Shown: positions 17,737 to 29,131, numbered from the stretch's first letter. The stretch is 64,000 nt of DNA from Candidatus Moraniibacteriota bacterium (GCA_963743885.1 CAVURJ010000002.1:109020-173019), one strand, 5' to 3'. Program-made: numbers and translations. The notes: a model not told the origin generated them from the letters alone.

Positions 17737-18375
17737 TCAAGGTTTCTTCGTGAGCTGCACGCTTTGGCCGGACCTTTGCCAAGAAACGACATTGAAGTCC
17801 CGCCCGTCGCCTTGGCAGCGCACCTCTGTAGCGGCTTCGGGGAGATACCAGCACGTGAAAGTAGTCGGTAGATTGTCGCCGGGCAGCACACCTTTTCGCT
17901 CTATACGGAGCGCGCGTAAGCGTCTTTCCTCGCCGGTTTCCAACGAAATAGTGATGATCTCCCAGTCTTTCACCGCAACCTCGAAGGGAGCCGATCCTCT
18001 CTTCCCGTAGGAGTTTGTCCAGTTCACGTATCCGTTCCAGGATTTCCCAGGGTATATCGGATAATCGTAGTACCGGTTGTCTGGGCTGAAAGTAATGGTA
18101 CCGCCTCTTCCAAACGTCCGGACTTTGTTGAAGGCGGGATTGCGTACATCGCCTTGGTTATCCGTGATGTTGCCGGTTGGATCGATGCTTTCCACGCGGA
18201 GCACGGTCACTCCGTTTGGTGCCTGGATGGTCCATTGATCACCAACGGAATAGACGGGCTGCTCAATACGGTCTTCCATGGGCGAAGCCGCGGCCTGCTG
18301 ATCGGTCGCCAGAACATGCGCCGAGGAGGTAAGGCCAGCAAGTATTGCTAGAACAACGAAAGAAAAGCGTTTCAT
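17737..18375 (-). CDS. Secreted protein (signal peptide), paralog of ORF 13371-14027
   Basis: Signal peptide 'MKRFSFVVLAILAGLTSSAHVLA'. Shares conserved blocks with 13371-14027 (see that feature). Confidence 0.55.
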   Translation of the reverse strand: MKRFSFVVLAILAGLTSSAHVLATDQQAAASPMEDRIEQPVYSVGDQWTIQAPNGVTVLRVESIDPTGNITDNQGDVRNPAFNKVRTFGRGGTITFSPDNRYYDYPIYPGKSWNGYVNWTNSYGKRGSAPFEVAVKDWEIITISLETGEERRLRALRIERKGVLPGDNLPTTFTCWYLPEAATEVRCQGDGRDFNVVSWQRSGQSVQLTKKP

Positions 18376-18459
18376 AGAGATCTCCTTCTGGATTTGGTTG
18401 TCAAGTGTACAATAATACCGGAATGGTATTTAGTATAAGTAAAGACTATTTTTTGAAAT

Positions 18460-18479
18460 TTGTCAAGTATTTTTGACAA
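18460..18479. promoter_or_regulatory. Palindromic operator-like site TTGTCAA-gtattt-TTGACAA (contains a TTGACA -35-like hexamer)
   Basis: A 7-6-7 inverted repeat whose half-site (TTGTCAAGTATT) recurs at 14112. It lies upstream of the cupin gene and downstream of the divergent secreted paralog. Confidence 0.45.
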
Positions 18480-18552
18480 CTAAGAGAATAGGGGGTAGCC
18501 TAAGGGGCGCGGTTCTTTGTTTCGTCCAACGTCCAAGAAAGGAAGGTGTTCC

Positions 18553-19266
18553 ATGAGTGATTCTGATAAGACGGCATCGGTTCCGTCATCGGGAGAGGAG
18601 TTTGTCCACCAATCCAGGCTGATGCAGCTGTTCGGTGTCCGGTACTTCGAGTCAGGTGTCCGGGAAGTCGTCGCTTCGCATCCGTTCGATGCGTATACGT
18701 ACAAGACTTACTTCGGTTCGCACCGCATTGAAGTCGAACAGGGGGATAGCGTCTGGTATTTGGACGACAATGGCCGGACAGCTAAAGTGTCCAATGGTCC
18801 TTGCGGGGTTGACAGTGCCATCTGGGCGACGGTGATCCGCGGATACCGTGTCATGGGAGATCGCGCCGTCAGTCTCTCGACGAACAGCAATCTGCCGTAT
18901 GTCAATGGCTGCTCCACATGGCAGGTGTTCCCGCCGGATCGTCCCGGCGATCCGACGCTCCAACATCTCAAGATCCCGCCGTATTCGTCGGAACAAGCGC
19001 ACCATATCCATAGCACGGTCCGCATCGTGTATGTGCTCGAAGGCCACGGATACAGCAAAGTCGGCATGCGGGGCAATTACGTCATGCAGGAGCTCAAGCC
19101 GGGAATGTTGGTTGTGCTCGAGAAGATGGTCCCGCATCATTTCGAGACGCCGCAAGGGGAGTGGCTGTCAGTCATTCCGCTCCATGTCTTCAGCGCCCTG
19201 CCTGGCGGCATCGAGAACAACCACCCGATGTTCAATGGGACGTATCTCATGAACCAAGGTGGCTGA
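18553..19266 (+). CDS. Cupin-domain protein
   Basis: C-terminal 'VRIVYVLEGHGYSKVGMRGNYVMQELKPGMLVVLEKMVPHHFETP' fits the cupin two-motif pattern. The ATG at 18553 is preceded by an AAGGAAGGTG SD (the track start is 18517). Confidence 0.45.
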   Translation: MSDSDKTASVPSSGEEFVHQSRLMQLFGVRYFESGVREVVASHPFDAYTYKTYFGSHRIEVEQGDSVWYLDDNGRTAKVSNGPCGVDSAIWATVIRGYRVMGDRAVSLSTNSNLPYVNGCSTWQVFPPDRPGDPTLQHLKIPPYSSEQAHHIHSTVRIVYVLEGHGYSKVGMRGNYVMQELKPGMLVVLEKMVPHHFETPQGEWLSVIPLHVFSALPGGIENNHPMFNGTYLMNQGG

Positions 19267-19408
19267 CATATGCGTATCAGAACGGCTCGAAACCACGAGC
19301 CGTTTTTTTCTTATTCTTTGCCCTTGACTGTGTCCATAACAGGGAGTAGTCTGTGGGCGCAGTTCTTTGGCTTTTATAGAGTGTTATTTCCAACCAAGGA
19401 GGTGGATC

Positions 19409-20863
19409 ATGCAGATCTTTTCACCGTTCGAAGGCCTCGCTATTTTGGCGGGCTATGCGGCCGTCATTTCGTCTATCGTCTGGTTTTTCTCGCGCGGGTT
19501 CATTTTCAGCAAGCTGAGTTTTCTCGTTGCGAAACGAGAAATCGGCATGGTGCCGGCTGCGTTTTCCATCGCAGCTGCCTGGATCTGGGCGCCGGCCTTG
19601 TTCGTTTCGGCGGAAAAGGCGTACACCCAGGGTTGGATCGGGCTGTTCTGGTTCCTCGTTCCCAATATGGGGTGCCTGATCCTCTTCTCGTTCTTCGCCA
19701 AGCGATTGCGCGAACTTTTTCCCGAGGGCTACACGCTTTCCGGGTACATGCGCAAGCGGCATTCGGAACGGGTGCAGAATGTCTATCTCGTGGCATTTTC
19801 CGGTCTGGCCGTGTGCTCATTTGCGGTCCAGCTACTTGCTGGAGGGAAGATCATCTCATCGCTTACGGGGCTGCCATACTTCTGGGTGACAGTACTATTG
19901 GCGCTCATCCCCGTTGGGTATTCGCTGTATGCCGGTCTCAAGGCATCCATCATCAGCGACTTCCTGCTTATGGCGGTGATGTTGTTCCTGGGGGGAACAG
20001 TGGTCTTGTCAGCAGTGTCTGCTGGCGGCGGTTTCGAAGTGGTGATGAACGGCATGAACGGAAAGAGTGGCACGTATACAGACCTGTTTTCCGGCGACGG
20101 ACTGAATGTCTTTCTGACGTTTGGCATCCCGGTGACTATCGGTCTCCTCTCTGGTCCGTTCGGTGATCAGAGTTTCTGGCAGCGATCGTTCGCGATCAAA
20201 CGTCCGTCCGTCCAGCCGGCGTTCATAGCGTCAGCGTTCATTTTCGGGGCGGTGCCGCTCATGCTCTCAATGCTCGGATTCTTGGCAGCTGGTTTGGGGA
20301 TGGACGTGAAGAATACCGCTCAGGTGAATATGGAGACGGTATCGGCTTTGCTGCCCGTCTGGGTAATCATCCCATTTCTGTTTCTGCTTTTCTCTGGGCT
20401 GGTGTCGACGCTCGATTCCAATCTGTCGGCGTTGTCTAGTCTTTCGGGGCATGACGTGCTCTCACGGGTGAAGCGGGGCGTCGAAGAGCATGATCGGAAG
20501 GATGTCATGGGGTACTCGCGGTGGGCAATGGTGGCTCTGGTGATCGGCGGTATCGCGATTGCCAATATTCCGGGCCTTACCATTCTCTATCTGTTCCTGT
20601 TCTATGGGACGCTCCGGGCATCGACGCTCCTTCCGACCATCATCACGCTGCTGAAGAAAGAGGTGAGTGAGAAGGGGGTGTACTGGGGGATCATTGTATC
20701 TCTCACGTGCGGTCTGCCAATCTTCGCTTACGGCAACCTGAACAAGATCGCTCTGATGATCATCGTCGGCTCCTTGTTTACGGTACTGGCTTCGGGTATC
20801 ATCACGCTCGCGGCGAGCGCGTATGAGAACTGGCGTCGACGGAAGTTCGCAGAGATGGTCTGA
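19409..20863 (+). CDS. Sodium:solute symporter (SSS) family transporter
   Basis: About 13 TM helices and SSS-like N-terminal region (AKREIG...PAAFSIAAAWIWA). The ATG at 19409 follows an AAGGAGGTG SD; the track start at 19367 lacks one. Confidence 0.55.
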   Translation: MQIFSPFEGLAILAGYAAVISSIVWFFSRGFIFSKLSFLVAKREIGMVPAAFSIAAAWIWAPALFVSAEKAYTQGWIGLFWFLVPNMGCLILFSFFAKRLRELFPEGYTLSGYMRKRHSERVQNVYLVAFSGLAVCSFAVQLLAGGKIISSLTGLPYFWVTVLLALIPVGYSLYAGLKASIISDFLLMAVMLFLGGTVVLSAVSAGGGFEVVMNGMNGKSGTYTDLFSGDGLNVFLTFGIPVTIGLLSGPFGDQSFWQRSFAIKRPSVQPAFIASAFIFGAVPLMLSMLGFLAAGLGMDVKNTAQVNMETVSALLPVWVIIPFLFLLFSGLVSTLDSNLSALSSLSGHDVLSRVKRGVEEHDRKDVMGYSRWAMVALVIGGIAIANIPGLTILYLFLFYGTLRASTLLPTIITLLKKEVSEKGVYWGIIVSLTCGLPIFAYGNLNKIALMIIVGSLFTVLASGIITLAASAYENWRRRKFAEMV

Positions 20864-20919
20864 TCGAGAAGCATCTCATGAGGAGAGTGGATAGTTATCC
20901 GCCCTCCTCTTTTTCTTGC

Positions 20920-21042
20920 CAAGTGCAGCGCAGGTAAAATCGGGTCAGTATCCCACGCTCGTTTCGCTGGCTGTGGAGAGCCTTGATTCAGGGCCCTTGC
21001 CTCAGGGTCTTAATACCCGTTATAATAAGGGAGACAAGGTGT
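20920..21042. repeat. Copy D (partial) of intergenic repeat family
   Basis: 'GCAGGTAAAATCGGGTCA...CTTGCC.CAGGG...AATACCCGTTAT' matches the 3' halves of copies B and C. Confidence 0.5.
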
Positions 21043-21046
21043 CTCT

Positions 21047-23627
21047 AATGAAAGTATTAACGAACGCACGTATGCAGTCCGAGAAGCCCTCGTTTGCCCG
21101 GTTCGGCAGCAGCGGTAGTTTTTCCGCTCCGGCTCGTCCGTCGGCGAATCCATCTGTCGCGCCGCAGGGCGCTCCCGAGTCTCGCCCGTCTAAGGCGGCG
21201 GTGATGTTTGATGCGCTGGTCTCCGTAAGCCTGGTCGCGCTATTCTTCGGCCTTCCGATTTTCTTTACCGGGTTGACGCTGCAGGGGCTTGCGTTTGAGA
21301 AACAGATTTATTTCTATTTCTGGATTCTCGTTGGCGCGGTCGCCTGGGTTTCAAGAGGGGTCATTCTCGGCGAGATGAAGATTCGCCGTACCCCGCTCGA
21401 TATCCCGATAGCGTTGTTTGTCGCGGCGTATGTCCTCGCAGCATTCTTTTCAGTGGACCGCTGGCATAGCTTCTGGGGATTCTTCGGCGATCCGTCGCGC
21501 GGTGTCGTATCGGTCATCGCGCTCGCGCTCGCCTATTACCTCATCATGAGCCATTTCACGCAGAAGCGTTTCGCGTGGATGTTCGGCTCGTTCCTCGCCT
21601 CCGGGTTCTTGGTGACGCTTTGGAGTCTATTGGTCGTCATGAAAGTCCGCTTCTTGCCAGCGGCGTTCGAGCAGTTCGCGCCGCTCAGCCTGATGGGAAC
21701 TATCACGTCGCTTACGCTTTTTCTCGCACTGCTCATTCCGCTTTTTGTGACAGCGCTCTTCCTGCTCTGGCAGGATGGGGCTCTGGCAAAGAGTGTCCGA
21801 CGAAATGTTCTGACAGGAGCTGTGATTGTCGGGTTGACGCTCGCGCTTTTCCTGCTCCTCACTCTGTATTCATATGTGCCGTGGGTCGCGGTACTCGGCG
21901 GCTTCGCTGTCCTTCTCGTATATATCCTGGCACAGATTGTTCGTCCGGCTGAACAGTGGACGTGGGTGCCGATGCTCGTGTTCGTCTTCATGCTCGCCTT
22001 CCTCATGATTGGTAAGAACGGCCTCGCGCGTGCGCAGCTGCCGATCGAGATCGCACCGAAACTCAACCTGTCTTGGCAGGTGGCCAAGGAATCGGCGAAG
22101 GAGCATTTCCTCTTCGGCGTCGGTCCGGCCCAGTATGGCTATGCATTCTCCATGTTCCGACCACAAGAATATAATGCGAATGCGCTTTACACCATGCGCT
22201 TCTTCCAGGGGACTGGTTTGTTCCCGGAGGCTGTTTCGTCGGTGGGCGCTATCGGGACGGTCCTATTGGCTGTGCTCTTTCTCTCCTTCCTTTCGATCAG
22301 TCTCTATCTCCTTACACATGAGAAGCAGCGCAACAAGATTCGTTCGCTTGGACTACTCTCGGCTTCCGCGGTACTCGTCATCGCCTCATGTGTCTCGGTG
22401 GTGAACGGCCCGCTCCTTCTCGTTGGGGTGCTGTTGGCGACACTCTCGCTCGCGACACTGCTTTGGGAGAGCGGATCTGAAGAACGTTATCTCCAGCTAT
22501 CGTTCAAGGCATCGCCGAAGTTCGCTCTCGCCCTTGCCTTCATCTTCATGGTGGTATCGGCCGGTGTAGCGTTCCTCTTCGTCTTCATGGGAAAGGTATT
22601 CGTCGCTGATGCGTATGCCGGGAAGGCATCGCGTTTGTCGGCTATGCAGCAGGGAGCAGATGCTGCCAAGGTATTGGTTCAGGCGGTCAAGATGTATCCG
22701 CAGGAGGGACGTTATTATACCCGTATCGGTCAGGAGTACATGGCCCTGGCCAATGTTGAGGCAGCGAAGCCGGAAAATGATCGAGATACTACCCGGATTG
22801 AGTTTTATGTCCGTGAGGCGGTCAGGGATGCCGAGATCGGCAAGATGATGATGCCGAATGATGTGATGGCGGTGGAGTCGCTCGCGCTCGTCTATGAGAA
22901 TAGCAGTATCTACGCCAAGGATGCTCTCGCCAAGTCCGAAGAATATTATCGCCGCGCTTTGGAGCTTGAGCCGCACAACCCGATTTATTCCGTCAAGCTG
23001 GCCCAGATCAAGAAGGCGTCAGCCGATGCGATCAAAGAAGAGACGGCTGATCGTACGGCGCTTTATGTCGAAGCGAAAAACCTTTTCGAACAGGCAATCA
23101 GCGAAAAAGAGAATCTGGCCTCGGCTCATTATGGGCTCGCTCTGACACACTCCGTGCTCAAGGAGACTGATCAGGCGATCGAGAGCGCTTCGCATGCCGT
23201 ATCGTTTGAGAAGAACAATCTGAACTACCAGTATAATCTCGGGGCGCTCTATCAATTGCGCAATAAGGATGATGATCGCGATCGTGCTGAAGCTCTCTTC
23301 AGGGGAATCCTGGAGAAGAATCCGAAACTGATCGATGTCCGTCTCTCGCTCGGTATTCTGTATGAGCAACAGAATAGGAAGAATGAGGCGACCGCCCAGT
23401 ATCAGGAGATTGTCAGTCTCATACCGGCTGATGTCGAAGGGGCAGCGAAGCAGACGCGTGAACAGGTGGAGAAGTTCATCCAGAATGTGAAGAGCGGGAC
23501 AGGTAATCTGAAGAAGGCCGCGGAAGCGGTCGCACCGTTCACCTCAGAGCAGGTGCCGGCTGGTCCAGCTTTAGCCGTTCCGTCTGATCCGAATGCCTCG
23601 CCGCTCGCTCCAGAGGCTGGTCAGTAG
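21047..23627 (+). CDS. O-antigen ligase/polymerase-like polytopic membrane protein with C-terminal TPR repeats
   Basis: At least 12 TM helices with the 'AKEHFLFGVGPAQYGYAFSMF' Wzy_C-like motif; the C-terminal about 300 aa are TPR-like repeats. The track start (20916) lies inside repeat copy D, so the ATG at 21047 (MKVLTN) is preferred. Confidence 0.55.
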
Positions 23628-23643
23628 AGGAAAATGACGTTCC

Positions 23644-23680
23644 AATCCGCCTGCCCTTCGGGTAGGCGGATTTCCTTTTG
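23644..23680 (+). terminator. Rho-independent terminator (AATCCGCCTGCCC-ttcg-GGTAGGCGGATT + T-tract)
   Basis: Hairpin with a UUCG loop followed by TTCCTTTT. Confidence 0.65.
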
Positions 23681-23804
23681 TGGCTGTTCGGAGCTGGTTT
23701 TTCTAGTGTTCAGTATTTTTGGCTTAGAATAGGTATTTTTTTGAGCAAAATACGCCGATCAGAAAGGGAGTGCTTTCTTGTAGGGAAGGATATCGCTGGC
23801 CCCC

Positions 23805-23833
23805 TTGACATCTTTTCATGGATTGCGTAAGAT
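23805..23833 (+). promoter_or_regulatory. Sigma-70-like promoter (TTGACA-17-TAAGAT) likely driving the 23S-5S rRNA operon
   Basis: Consensus -35 and near-consensus -10 with 17-nt spacing, about 480 nt upstream of the 23S 5' end. Confidence 0.5.
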
Positions 23834-24814
23834 GGATATTACGAGCCAAAAAGACGTATGACATACGGATTTCTCGGCTCATACAGATACTGCATGAACA
23901 TCAACCGGACAATCTAAACGTCAGCGTATTGTGAAGAGATGATAGTCTCTCCGCGAGGAGAGATTTTCATTTCCGCATAAGCGCCTTAACAATTCATGTC
24001 TTTTCTGAGATGGTCATGTTTCGCCTGGCAGCGGAAAGCGAACGGGTTATCTTGGAATAGTCTAAATGATGTAAGGTCAAGCTCATGAGATCTTCGCAGA
24101 TCTCATGAACAAGCAATTCAACCGATAGTGCAGTATGCTGTTGCGCGGACTGATGCGGACTGGAACGGACTGATGCGGAATTTCTGCATAGGTCTGTGTA
24201 AAGTCAGTATTGGTCAGCACATTGAGCGTTCTTCACTGTCAACCGATTGTCCGTGAGTACTTTCATCATAGCGTCGCAAGACGCCGTGATGGAATATTTG
24301 CGGACAATGGAATCAAGAAGGTTACTTAACGCATGGTGTGGATGCCTTGACTGAAGCAAGCGATGAAGGACGTAGGAGGCTGCGATAAGCCTCGGGGAGC
24401 TGTCAAGCAAGCTTTGATCCGGGGATTTCCGAATGGGATAACCCTTCCGATCTTCATGACGGAAAACCGTATCTGAATACATAGGGTACCGAAGCAAACC
24501 CTGGGAATTGAAACATCTTAGTACCAGGAGGAAAAGAAATCAATAGAGATTCCGTAAGTAGTGGCGAGCGAACGCGGAACAGCCTAAACCACCGAGCTTG
24601 CTCGAGTGGGGTTGCAGGGCTTGTGGACTCGATTGATCGGGGTCACTGCAGTGTTGCTAGCAGAACGTTCTGGAAAGAACGACCATAGAGGGTAATAGTC
24701 CCGTATGCGAAAACGATACTGCACTGATGCACAAGTACCTAAGTAGGGCGGGACCGGAGAAATCCCGTTTGAATCTGGGAGCACTAACTTCCAAGGCTAA
24801 ATATTGCTTCAGAT

Positions 24815-24851
<37 letters not shown>

Positions 24852-26453
24852 CATCCCGATAAGGGAGGTGAAATAGATCTGAAACCCTATGCTAACAAAG
24901 AGTCGGAGCCGTCGCATCACACTGCGTGTGATGCTAAATTCAAAATGCAAATTTCAAAAAATGTAAAACTTTGGTTCTTGCTGAGCAAGTCGGACAATTT
25001 ATACTGAATAATCTAAAAATCCGTAAGCGTAGCGAACATAATAATTTTGATTTTTGATTTTTAAATTTTGATTTTAGCGAACATCACGCATAGCGTGATG
25101 CGAGCGGTGACGGCGTGCTTTTTGCAGAACGATCCAACGAGTTAGTTCTACGCGGCTGTCTAAGGGATGACGAATTCCGGAGACATAGTGAAAGCGAGCC
25201 TGAATAGGGCGAATATGGTCGCGTGGACTAGACCCGAAGCCAGGCGAGCTACATATGAGCAGGGTGAAGCGCGGGTAAAACCACGAGGAGGCCCGAACCC
25301 ACTCAGCCGTGCAACACTAGGGGATGACTTGTGAGTAGGGGAGAAATTCCAATCGAGCTTGGCAATAGCTGGTTCTCTCCGAAATAGCTTGAGGGCTAGC
25401 GTCTTGTAAATTATACCCGAGAGGTAGAGCTACTGGATGAGAATTCGCGGTTCGCCGTAGGCTTTTCAACCAAACTCCGAATACTCGAGGTACGTATCCA
25501 AGGCAGTCAGTACTCCGGGGCTAAGCTCGGAGCACAAAAGGGAAACAGCCCAGATCGTCAGTCTAAGGTCCCTAAATCTATGTTAAGTGGGAAAGGAAGT
25601 GAAGTTTCTTAGACACCTAGGAGGTTGGCTTAGAAGCAGCCATCCTTTAAAGAGTGCGTAACAGCTCACTAGTCTAGAGACTTCGCGCCGAAAATGTAAC
25701 GGGGCTAAACATAGTACCGAAGCTACGGATTTTATCGCAAGATAAAGTGGTAGGAGAGCGTTCCGTATGCGCTGAAGCGGAAGGGTGACCAACCGTGGAG
25801 CGTATGGAAGTGAGAATGTTGGAATGAGTAACCGCAATGAGGGTGAGAGCCCCTCACACCGAAAGTCTAAGGTTTCCTGGGCAATGGTGATCATCCCAGG
25901 GTTAGTCGGTCCTAAGGCGAGGCCGAAAGGCGTAGTCGATGGACATCAGGTTAATATTCCTGAACTATTTGTATATTCGATGGAGAGACGCATCTCTGTA
26001 TCTCTTGCCCCTTATTGGATTGGGGTATGCGTATTGAGGACGTTGTACAGGCAAATCCGCACAGACATAGTCCAATGGATGGTTGGACGACGTCTGTAGC
26101 AATACCGGCGAAGAACGAAGTGGAGCAGGGTGCCAGGAAAATCTTCTAAGGTTAGTATACAGATATCCGTACCGCAAACCGACACAGGTGGACTGGGCGA
26201 GTAGCCTAAGGTGAACGGGAGAGCCTTCGTTAAGGAACTCGGCAAAAAAGCTAGGCGTAAGTTCGCAATATGCCTTGCCATCCGCAAGGGTGGCCGCAGC
26301 GAAAGTTTCCCAAGCGACTGTTTACCAAAAACACAGCTCTCTGCAAACCCGTAAGGGGAAGTATAGGGGGTGACACCTGACCAGTGCTGGAACGTTAACG
26401 GGAGCGGTGCACGCCAATCCCCGAAGCGCCAGTGAACGTCGGCGATAACTATA

Positions 26454-27247
26454 GAACGATTGTAGTTATAAAATTTGGCCAAATGCTGGAAACTCCGAAT
26501 GAACCGATATGTACTCGCCTGAAATAAATGGCAGTGAAAATCAGTATCAGTGAGAGTATCGCGGGATACGAGTCGGACAATCAGCAGGAAAGACTCTTAT
26601 GCAAGATGACCAATGGTTGAAACAAGATTCCACCTGAAGTGGGCCACTATTTAGCTGGTTTCGCAGATGGGGAAGGAAGTTTCATAGTCAGTTTACGACA
26701 GCGACCGTGATCATACACTTGGTTGGCAAGTCGTCCTCACTTTCAATGTAGCTCAAAAGGAGAGCTATATCCTTTCGCAATTCAAAAGATATTTGGGTTG
26801 TGGAAGACTACAAGAAAGGAAAGATGGCGTGTTCTACTACGTGTGTGCCAATCCGCAATCGATTCAGGAGAAAGTAATTCCTTTTTTCAAGCGATGTCGA
26901 ATTTCGATCGCAGAGAAAAAAGAAAAATTTCGCTGTTTTCTGTCGTATTGTAGAGAAAGTTTTCAACAAAGAGCATCTGACTGGAAGCCGGGCTGAATGA
27001 AATCATCAGGTTACGTGAAGAGCTCAATGACGGTCGGGGACGCAGGCGAAAGTTTGCGCTCACTGATTATGAAAACTTTCAAAAAGAGAATCCTCAGAGA
27101 CTATACGCCAAACCACGGGCCTTCCGGAAGGAAAGCCATGCTGGATGATATAGTCCGATCTCATGGGTAACTATGAGTTTGATCTCCTGCTATCAATAGA
27201 GATCGAAAAGGTAAAGAAGCGAATTCTTTCTGAACACAGGTGCACGA
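26454..27247 (+). mobile_element. Group I intron inserted in 23S rRNA (E. coli position about 1917 region) carrying a LAGLIDADG homing-endonuclease ORF
   Basis: About 790-nt insertion between the conserved 'AACTATA' and 'TCGTCCTAAGGTAGCGAAATTCC'. Contains the HE ORF. Confidence 0.7.
26639..26996 (+). pseudogene. LAGLIDADG (I-CreI-like) homing endonuclease, interrupted by a 1-nt frameshift at about 26708
   Basis: 'YLAGFADGEGSFIVSLRQRP*' then in the +1 frame 'DHTLGWQVVLTFNVAQKESYILSQFKRYLGCGRLQERKDGVFYYVCANPQSIQEKVIPFFK...', which is collinear with I-CreI (LAGFVDGDGSIIAQIKP...LSLTFQVTQK...). Possible GTG start at 26639. Confidence 0.7.
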
Positions 27248-27650
27248 ATCGTCCTAAGGTAGCGAAATTCCTTGGCAGGTAAGTTCTGACCCGCATCAAA
27301 GGCGTAACGACTTGAAAACTGTCTCAACGAAGAGCTCGGTGAAATTGCAATGACGGTAAAGATGCCGTCGACCTGCAGCAAGACGAAAAGACCCCGTGGA
27401 GCTTTACTACAACTTGGTATTGACTTTGAGTTTTTGTTGCCGAGCATAGGTGGGAGACTTTGAAGCGCCGCTTTGGTCGGGTGGAGTCATCAGTGTAATA
27501 CCACCCTGTATGATTTTAAACGCTAACCCTGGACTGTTATGAGTAACGAAACTTATACGAACCAGCAAATGCAATATGATCAGTTATTCTGATTGTATTC
27601 TGCGCGCTCATAAATTTCTCGAGTTTCATACCAGTCCGGGGACAGTGCCT

Positions 27651-27686
<36 letters not shown>

Positions 27687-27847
27687 GGCAACGGAGGCGT
27701 TTACAAAGGTTGGCTAGGTCCGGATGGAAATCGGACCGATAGTGCAAAAGCATAAGCCAGCTTTACTGAGAGACCCATCAGTCGATCAGTTACGAAAGTA
27801 GAATTTAGTGAACCGACCATCGCTTATAGGAGCGTGGAAGATCATCA

Positions 27848-27880
<33 letters not shown>

Positions 27881-27906
27881 CCTCCCAAGAGTCCACATCG
27901 ACGGAG

Positions 27907-27966
<60 letters not shown>

Positions 27967-28018
27967 TGGCTGTTCGCCAATTAAAGCGGTACGCGAGCTG
28001 GGTTCAAACCGTACAGTA

Positions 28019-28490
28019 GTTATAAAGTGAAAAGTTGAAGGTTTTTAAAGTGTATTCTTGCTTTAGAGACTTGATAACTTGACGGACTTTTGACTCTTGT
28101 ACAGTTTGAACCCCGAGGTGGTTTGCGACATCAAATGGGTTTTTCGTCTTTGAAAAAGTCCTGACATAACAGTCAGGTCCCGACTATCATCATGTTGGGA
28201 ATAGATAACCAATCACATCACGGCGGTACTTTCTTTGTAGAAAGTAACAAGCTGACTTATATCGGTGGAGCCCTTCACGAAACGAAGGGTCATACCGAGG
28301 GAAGAAGATGGTTGAAAGTTTTTAAAGTTCATAAAGTTGAAAGTAAATACGAATTCGTGTTCACTTGATAAACTTTTTAACTTTATACTTGATAAACTAA
28401 ATTCGCCTGTAGAGACTAAACGTCAGCAGTCTTCTGAGCAATCAGGAGATGAAGCTATAGTCCAATGCACTTGGTAACAAGTGGTAACAT
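28019..28490 (+). other. About 470-nt ORF-less insertion in 23S rRNA domain V (E. coli about 2590s), candidate second intron
   Basis: It interrupts the conserved 'GCGAGCTGGGTTCAAAC...GCGTGAGACAGGTTGGTTTCCTATCTGC', is AT-rich, and starts with a local hairpin (GGTTCAAACCGTACAG...CTGTACAGTTTGAACC). Confidence 0.4.
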
Positions 28491-28634
28491 GCGTGAGACA
28501 GGTTGGTTTCCTATCTGCTGTGGGCGTGTGTGGCTTGAGAGAACTCTTCCTTAGTACGAGAGGACCGGGAAGAACGAACCTCTGGTGTATCTGCTGTTCC
28601 GCCAGGAGCATCGCAGAGTGGCTATGTTCGGGCA

Positions 28635-28667
<33 letters not shown>

Positions 28668-28997
28668 GAGCTCAAGATAAGGCCATACCCCTCACTTGAT
28701 TTGCGTAGCATTCATATGCAAGCGATCAGTGAGCTCTTCTCTCGAAATCAGAGAGTGGATAACTGGTGATTCGTGGTAACCATGTAGGTTATAACGCAAA
28801 TCAAGTGAGGGGGAATTTCCTAGAAGATGACTAGGTTGATAGGCTACAGGTGGAAGCGTGGCGACATGTTAAGCCAAGTAGTACTAATAAATTCAAACGA
28901 CTTTCTTCGTTCCAGTACGGTTGGCAGTGAAGAATGCTTGAAAAGGGGAGACAGTATATCATTTCAGAGGACAAAGACAATTTTGGAGAGGAGTGTT

Positions 28998-29108
28998 CCC
29001 GGTGTTTCTAGCGATAGGGCCACACCTGTTCCCATACCGAACACAGCCGTTAAGCCTATCAGCGCCGATGGTAGCCATCAAGGCAAGAGTAGGTCAGTGC
29101 CGGGAACA
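28998..29108 (+). rRNA. rrf: 5S rRNA
   Basis: '...CCCATACCGAACACAGCCGTTAAGCC...AGCGCCGATGGTAGCC...GTAGGTCAGTGCCGGGAA' matches the 5S conserved core. It lies about 80 nt after the 23S. Confidence 0.8.
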
Positions 29109-29131
29109 TTCCTCTTCAAAGAAACGAAGAT

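Noticed and set aside
20916-21046. N-terminal 44 aa of the track ORF 20916-23627.
   Set aside because: This segment coincides with intergenic repeat copy D, so the start was moved to the ATG at 21047.
23685-24315. Possible 16S rRNA or tRNA between the O-antigen-ligase gene and the 23S.
   Set aside because: There are no 16S conserved blocks (no GTGCCAGCMGCCGCGG or anti-SD end) and no tRNA cloverleaf. It reads as a promoter plus a long structured leader.
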